Shown here in pieces: positions 59,040 through 64,000 of a DNA stretch of 64,000 nt (position 1 is its first letter; every line of letters begins with the position of its first letter). The notes below the pieces were generated by a model, which worked only from the letters and a program-made list of their open reading frames with translations, had not been told where the DNA came from and ran no database searches. Position numbers and translations under genes: made by a program. Where the stretch lies: positions 192,001-256,000 of the forward strand of contig CAXXXF010000015.1 of assembly GCA_963667175.2 (NCBI GenBank), in the 5' to 3' direction. This DNA comes from Candidatus Latescibacterota bacterium (GTDB lineage Bacteria; Latescibacterota; UBA2968; GCA-2709665).

Positions 59040-59855
59040 ATGGCGGAGAAGGGTGCTCTGACGTTATCCCAGCGCTTTCATTTCGACACGTACGGATACG
59101 TCCTGCTGGAAGACGCGTTGACCGAGAACGAGGTGGAACGGATGAAAGCGGCTCTGTACCGCCTGAAAGCGAACCCCGCGGCCGCGCCGCAGGTCTATAC
59201 TCGACCGAGGGGCGACCATCACGTGCTGTTCGGGAATCTGGTGGAGTTCGACCCCGCCCTGCTGGCATATGCGGCCCATCCCGGGCTGGTTCCCCTGGTT
59301 GAAGAGGTGGTGGGCGGCGCCGTGCGGCTGGAGGAGACGGAGGCGATCATCAACCGGCGGGATCCGAACGCGGATCCGGACCAGCTTCGGAAACGCCGGA
59401 CCAATCCCACGGGTTTCCACAGGGGAACGACGGCGACCTGGGGCTGCTATACGGAGCAGGACCGGCATCACTGCGTCTTTGTGAAGACGCTTGCATACCT
59501 GACGGACGTGGGGCCGGACGACGGCGGCACCTGCCTGATTCCCGGCAGCCACCGGCTGACCTGGCCCCGAGAGGAAATGGTCCGGGCGGCCATGGACGAC
59601 GAGCGGCTGATCCATCAGGTCGAGGCCAGGGCCGGATCGGTACTCCTGTTCGGGGAGTCGTTGATTCACAGCACCACGGCGATTCGGAGCGACAAGGAAC
59701 GGGTGATTCTGGTTGCGGGGTACACGCCGCCAATGCTCCGGGAGTGGATGGGCAACGAAGTGAGTCCCGAATTCGTCGCGAGCCTGCCCGAAGCCATACG
59801 ACCGCTGATTTCGGGCAGCGACAGCTGGAACTGGCGGCGGAATTACGAACACTGA
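59040..59855 (+). CDS. PhyH-family Fe(II)/2OG dioxygenase
   Basis: FDTYGYVLLEDAL, YLTDVGPDDGGT.LIPGSH, AGSVLLF.ESLIH. Confidence 0.88.
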   Translation: MAEKGALTLSQRFHFDTYGYVLLEDALTENEVERMKAALYRLKANPAAAPQVYTRPRGDHHVLFGNLVEFDPALLAYAAHPGLVPLVEEVVGGAVRLEETEAIINRRDPNADPDQLRKRRTNPTGFHRGTTATWGCYTEQDRHHCVFVKTLAYLTDVGPDDGGTCLIPGSHRLTWPREEMVRAAMDDERLIHQVEARAGSVLLFGESLIHSTTAIRSDKERVILVAGYTPPMLREWMGNEVSPEFVASLPEAIRPLISGSDSWNWRRNYEH

Positions 59856-59882
59856 CATCGATTCTTTCGAGGAGTTCCCAAC

Positions 59883-60626
59883 ATGGCGGACGAGCGGGTA
59901 TTCGTAGGGGATTTGACCCGGACGGAATTTCGAGAGCGGATGGAATCGGGAACGATTGAAGCGGCGATCGTCCCGACCGGCGCCACCGAGCAGCACAACG
60001 AACACATGGAGATGATTCACGACGCGTTTCACGTGACCCACGTCGCGGAACAGGCCGCCAGGCGGCTTCATCCCCGGGTCGTGGTGGCGTCACCCGTGAG
60101 CATTGGCGTATCGGAGCAGTGGATGGCGCACATCGGGACGCTGACGGTTCGGCCGGAGGTCTTCTGCGAGTACGTTTACGACGTGTGCGATTCACTCCGG
60201 CGGGCGGGGATTCGGAATATCCTGATTCTGAACGGCCACGGGGGCAACGTGAAACCGATCATGCGCCGCATAGACGAGTACCGGGAGCGGCTGGGTGTGA
60301 ATCTCCGGTTTCAGTCGTACTGGGACGTGTACGATCCCGCGCTGGTTTTCTCGACCATGGAGGCCGGACGCCTTCCCGGACACGCCTGTGAATTCGAAAC
60401 GTCGACGATGATGGCGCTGGCGCCCGAACGGGTGCACGCGGCGGATATGGTCAATGAGGCGGCGGGGCTGGCAACGAAGGAAAAAGGAGAACGGCTGCTC
60501 GGACTGGCGATTGAGGGTGTGGCGGACGTGCTGAGCAGCATGATCGCGGGAGAAGCGGTGGACAAGCCCCCGGTCACGTACGTGGACGGGCAGCGCATTC
60601 ACATGGTAACCGGCGACCCGGTGTAG
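59883..60626 (+). CDS. Creatininase family amidohydrolase
   Basis: PTGATEQH..H, LNGHGGN, GHACEFETS, ATKEKG. Confidence 0.9.
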   Translation: MADERVFVGDLTRTEFRERMESGTIEAAIVPTGATEQHNEHMEMIHDAFHVTHVAEQAARRLHPRVVVASPVSIGVSEQWMAHIGTLTVRPEVFCEYVYDVCDSLRRAGIRNILILNGHGGNVKPIMRRIDEYRERLGVNLRFQSYWDVYDPALVFSTMEAGRLPGHACEFETSTMMALAPERVHAADMVNEAAGLATKEKGERLLGLAIEGVADVLSSMIAGEAVDKPPVTYVDGQRIHMVTGDPV

Positions 60627-60645
60627 TGTTCTGTCCAACAAAAAA

Positions 60646-60668
60646 TGGCGCCGCCCGGGGGACTCAAG
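60646..60668 (-). repeat. Degenerate copy of the tRNA-Thr 3' end (att-like)
   Basis: Minus strand CTTGAGTCCCCCGGGCGGCGCCA versus tRNA TTCGAACCCCCCGGGCGGCTCCA. Confidence 0.7.
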
Positions 60669-60903
60669 ATTTATTCAACGTCAGGATGATCGTGACAGCC
60701 GTTCCGATGTTGGCGATGAGAACCGTCGTCAGCAGGCCGACAAGCCATTTGAAGTTGCTGTTGATTCGATTTTCGATGTTCGTAAAACCGCCGTCCATGC
60801 GGTTGTCCATATTGTTCAATCGCCTGTCGATGCTAATCAATCGGTGGCTGATCTGTTCAACAATCGCTTCCATGGCGGCGACGAGGCTTTCAATAGAGGG
60901 CAT
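60664..60903 (-). CDS. Small coiled-coil + C-terminal TM protein
   Basis: IDRRLNNMDNRMDGGFTNIENRI coil, then FKWLVGLLTTVLIANIGTAVTIIL. Confidence 0.75.
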   Translation of the reverse strand: MPSIESLVAAMEAIVEQISHRLISIDRRLNNMDNRMDGGFTNIENRINSNFKWLVGLLTTVLIANIGTAVTIILTLNKS

Positions 60904-60959
60904 GTACTATGTGTTCTTTGTGCGGGCGATGGGCGGCCAGTGTATGACCGTCCAAAAAT

Positions 60960-61034
60960 TGGAGCCGCCCGGGGGGTTCGAACCCCCGACCTACGGATTA
61001 CAAATCCGTTGCTCTACCACTGAGCTAGGGCGGC
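60960..61034 (-). tRNA. tRNA-Thr(TGT)
   Basis: GCCGCCC TAGCTCAGTGGTAGAGC A ACGGATT-TGT-AATCCGT AGGTC GGGGG TTCGAAC CCCCC GGGCGGC TCCA cloverleaf with encoded CCA. Confidence 0.97.
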
Positions 61035-61114
61035 TTGAATTCACGACATGCTTCGCTCTATTCAATTAATGAATAACAGGGCGGCGATTCGGCCCGTGTG
61101 GCGCTCGCGGCCCG

Positions 61115-62527
61115 TCATGACCGCTTCCAGACCGTTCCTTCGGGCGTGTCCTCCAGCGTGTAGCCCGATTCGGTAAACCGGTCCCGAATCTCGTCCGCCC
61201 GAGCCCAGTTCCTCTCCTTCCTCGCCTGGTCGCGTTCCGCGATCAGCACCGCAAGATCCTCCGGAAGATCTTCCTCCCGGGCATCGTCGGCAGCCCCGTC
61301 GAAAACCCCCAGGACCTGATCGATCTCGTCCAGGAAGCCGTCGACCAGGCCGGCGCCGTCCCGATCCATCCGTCCGTCGCCGAGCAGGTCCTCCACCGCG
61401 TTGACCATCTCAAACACGGCGCTCATCGCGCGCGGCGTGTTCAAATCGTCATCCATGAATCCGACGAACCCGTGCCGGACCGAATCCACCAGCGGCGTTA
61501 CATCCTCCCCCCCGCCCGTCCGCGTGACCTCGCTCAGCCTGCGCCGGAAGTTGTCCAGCCTGCGCATGGTGTTCCGGGCGGCGTCGAGCACCTCACCGGA
61601 GAAATTAAACGCGGTACGATAGTGATTGCTCACCACCAGGTACCGGAAAGCCCGCGCGTCATCGGGCGTATTCACGATATCCCGCACGGTCAGGAAATTG
61701 CCCAGGCTCTTCGACATCTTTTCGTCGTCGACGTTGATATGCGCGCCGTGCAGCCAGTAATTGACGAAGCGCTTGCCCGTGACCGCCTCGCTTTGCGCGA
61801 TCTCGTTCTGATGGTGCGGAAAGATCAGGTCCACCGCCCCCGCGTGGATGTCGATGGTTTCGCCCAGATACTTGATGGCCATGCACGAGCACTCCATGTG
61901 CCAGCCCGGCCTACCCTTGCCCAGGTCCGTCTTCCAGAACACCTCTCCGTCTTCCGCTTTCCACGCCTTCCACAGCACGAAATCCCGCGCGTCTTCCTTG
62001 TCGTATTTGTCCGTGTCCACGCCGCTGGCCCCGGTCTGCAGCCCGGAAACGTCCAGCTGCGCCAGTTCGCCGTACGAAGGAAAGCGCCTTATTGAAAAAT
62101 ACACGGAGCCGTTGTGTACGTATGCGTAACCGTCTTCGATCATCCGCGAGATCATTTCCACCATTTCTGGTACGTGGTCCGTGGCCCTCGGCGTGTGATC
62201 GGCCGGGAGGATGTTCAACGTCTCCATATCCTCGAAAAACGCGGCCGCATACCGATCCGTGAGCGCCTTCAGCGTTGTCTTTGCGTCGCGCACTTTACCG
62301 ATAATATTGTCGTCCACGTCCGTAATGTTCATCACGTGGCAGACCCGATAACCCCGATAGGTCAGATAGCGCTTGATCAGGTCGAAAACGATGAATGTCT
62401 TGAAATTCCCGACGTGGGAATAGTCGTGAACCGTCGGCCCGCAGCTGTAGAACGTAACCCTGCCCGGACGGATCTCCTTGAACTCCTCTTTTTGCCGGGT
62501 CAGACTGTTGAATAGTCGAATGGCCAT
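61115..62527 (-). CDS. cysS: Cysteine--tRNA ligase
   Basis: CGPTV..YSHVGN, NITDVDD, DFVLWK, GRPGWHMECS, FPHHQNE, KMSKSLGN. Confidence 0.98.
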   Translation of the reverse strand: MAIRLFNSLTRQKEEFKEIRPGRVTFYSCGPTVHDYSHVGNFKTFIVFDLIKRYLTYRGYRVCHVMNITDVDDNIIGKVRDAKTTLKALTDRYAAAFFEDMETLNILPADHTPRATDHVPEMVEMISRMIEDGYAYVHNGSVYFSIRRFPSYGELAQLDVSGLQTGASGVDTDKYDKEDARDFVLWKAWKAEDGEVFWKTDLGKGRPGWHMECSCMAIKYLGETIDIHAGAVDLIFPHHQNEIAQSEAVTGKRFVNYWLHGAHINVDDEKMSKSLGNFLTVRDIVNTPDDARAFRYLVVSNHYRTAFNFSGEVLDAARNTMRRLDNFRRRLSEVTRTGGGEDVTPLVDSVRHGFVGFMDDDLNTPRAMSAVFEMVNAVEDLLGDGRMDRDGAGLVDGFLDEIDQVLGVFDGAADDAREEDLPEDLAVLIAERDQARKERNWARADEIRDRFTESGYTLEDTPEGTVWKRS

Positions 62528-62537
62528 TGACCTTCCC

Positions 62538-62584
62538 TCGTCCTTTCGTTCCCTCGTCTTCTCGTTCCCTCGTTCCCTCGTCCC
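62538..62584. repeat. Octamer tandem repeat TCGTYYYY x6 in the cysS 5' region
   Basis: TCGTCCTT TCGTTCCC TCGTCTTC TCGTTCCC TCGTTCCC TCGTCCC. Confidence 0.75.
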
Positions 62585-62603
62585 GGAACCCCGTCGCACG
62601 CGC

Positions 62604-63707
62604 CTATAGGGAGGTTTTCAGCCGCTGCTCCCGACGGCGCCTGTCAATAGCGAGTTGAATCAGGCGGTCGACCAGTTCCGTGTAGGATATCCCGCTCGCT
62701 TCCCACAGCTTCGGATACATGCTGATCCGCGTAAAGCCGGGTATGGTGTTGATTTCGTTGATCAGCACGTCGTCTTCTCCGCGCACAAAACAGTCCACGC
62801 GCGCCATTCCTTCGCAGCAGAGCACCTTGAAGGCCCGAATCGCCAGTTCCTGTACCTTGCGCACGGTCGCCTCGGGGAGGTCTGCAGGAATCGCCAGACC
62901 GGCGCCGTTCTCGTCTATATATTTCGCTTCGTACGTGTAGAAATCGTGATGCGGAATCACCTCACCCGGAACCGAAACGACGGGATCGTCGTTGCCCAGC
63001 ACCGAGACCTCGATCTCGCGGCCGTCCGCGTCGGCCTCGATCAGAATCTTGTGGTCGTACTGAAACGCCAGTTCGAGCGCGCCGGGAAACGCCTCCCGGC
63101 CGTCCACCCGGCTCACGCCCACCGACGAGCCCAGATTGGCCGGCTTTACATATACGGGCAATCCCAGCCGCGTCACAACCGCGTCGAAATCGACTTCGGC
63201 GCCGGGCCTGGAAAACGCCAGAAAATCAGGCGTCGGAACGCCGGCCTCGCGCAGCAGGCGTTTCATGACGTCTTTGTCCATCGCTACGGCCGAACCCAAA
63301 ACGCCGGCGCCCACGAAAGGAACATCCGCCAGTTTCAACATCCCCTGAACTGTGCCGTCTTCTCCGAATGGTCCGTGCAGAACGGGGAACACCACGTCCA
63401 GCGCCTCCAGCGGCCGGTGATCGGACGAACGTACGAGATGCGCGCCGCCGGTGTCCCGCGGCGCCAGCGTCACTCCCACGTCCGTATCCCCTGCCTTCAG
63501 CGCCGGAAGCGTGGAGCCGGCGGCCTCGACGCGCAGACGGGATGGAGCGCTCAGATGCCACTTTCCTCCCCGGTCGATTCCGATCAGAACAACCTCGTAT
63601 GTGTCCTTGTCGATTGCTTCTACGACGTTCCTGGCAGACTCCAGCGACACTTCATGTTCGGCGGATTTTCCGCCGAAAAGCACGCCGACGCGGATCTTCT
63701 TATCCAT
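62604..63707 (-). CDS. ddl: D-alanine--D-alanine ligase
   Basis: FGGKSAEHEVS, LHGPFGEDG, KPANLGSSVG, YTYEAKY, NEINTIPGFT. Confidence 0.97.
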   Translation of the reverse strand: MDKKIRVGVLFGGKSAEHEVSLESARNVVEAIDKDTYEVVLIGIDRGGKWHLSAPSRLRVEAAGSTLPALKAGDTDVGVTLAPRDTGGAHLVRSSDHRPLEALDVVFPVLHGPFGEDGTVQGMLKLADVPFVGAGVLGSAVAMDKDVMKRLLREAGVPTPDFLAFSRPGAEVDFDAVVTRLGLPVYVKPANLGSSVGVSRVDGREAFPGALELAFQYDHKILIEADADGREIEVSVLGNDDPVVSVPGEVIPHHDFYTYEAKYIDENGAGLAIPADLPEATVRKVQELAIRAFKVLCCEGMARVDCFVRGEDDVLINEINTIPGFTRISMYPKLWEASGISYTELVDRLIQLAIDRRRREQRLKTSL

Positions 63708-63779
63708 CGACGATACCTCGAGCGATTGTTGGGACCCTTTGTGCCCGAACCCGGGAGTCACATTCTACGAGGCGCGCCG

Positions 63780-64000
63780 TCACGACGCCCCGGCAGCAGG
63801 TGGTGTCGGATCCCCTGAATTCCCGGATTCTTTCCTTTTCTTCTTCCTTCGCCACAACCAATACCCGATCCCGCCCGCCACCATCAGCACGAGAATCACA
63901 CGGTTATAGGCCCGCAGCACGTCGACCACGAGCCCCCAGTTTTCGCCCACCTTCAGTCCGAAATACACCAGCAGGCTGTTCCAGAGCAGTGTGCTGAGAA
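63780..64000 (-). CDS. C-terminal part of a DedA-like membrane protein (runs off window end)
   Basis: LWNSLLVYFGLKVGENW...hydrophobic helix and basic tail, typical of DedA C-termini. Confidence 0.6.
   Translation of the reverse strand, partial: LSTLLWNSLLVYFGLKVGENWGLVVDVLRAYNRVILVLMVAGGIGYWLWRRKKKRKESGNSGDPTPPAAGAS

Noticed and set aside
1-64000. Numerous long overlapping or antisense ORFs in the six-frame track (e.g. 5825-7171, 25741-27093, 50548-52053, 52936-54486)
   Set aside because: They are shadows of well-supported genes on the opposite strand or frame, expected at high GC, with no recognisable motifs.

Overview
GC-rich bacterial chromosomal window, mostly housekeeping genes. The SecA insertion, the TPR-exbB-exbD-exbD-tonB cluster and the PhyH/DegT content suggest an FCB-related lineage (inference only). 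Left arm, minus strand: S55 peptidase, beta-propeller protein, ribD-ribE-ribBA-ribH-nusB-secA, rhodanese, then CIRCE-controlled groES-groEL. Centre, plus strand: an ~17.5 kb aromatic amino-acid cluster (trpEGDCF-tyrS-aldolase-trpBA-chorismate mutase-DAHP synthase-tyrA-aroE-ubiE/menG-argS-aroK-aroB). It is headed by an unannotated 40-codon leader peptide with clustered Trp, Tyr and Phe codons and a full terminator/antiterminator set, i.e. a candidate pan-aromatic attenuator. Right arm: mnmA, a Panacea (DUF4065) antitoxin paired with a small membrane protein, comM, fabV, a TonB/ExbBD cluster, guaB, a SnoaL-uxaB-DegT-PhyH-creatininase cluster, tRNA-Thr(TGT) with a one-gene mini-island bounded by a copy of the tRNA 3' end, cysS and ddl. 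Intergenic DNA carries at least two MITE-like families, a 50-bp dispersed repeat, 7-/8-/9-mer tandem arrays, REP-like hairpins and two promoter-to-terminator candidate sRNA/small-ORF units. Three similar small coiled-coil + C-terminal-TM genes each sit next to such mobile or repeat scars. No CRISPR array, rRNA, transposase or integrase was seen.
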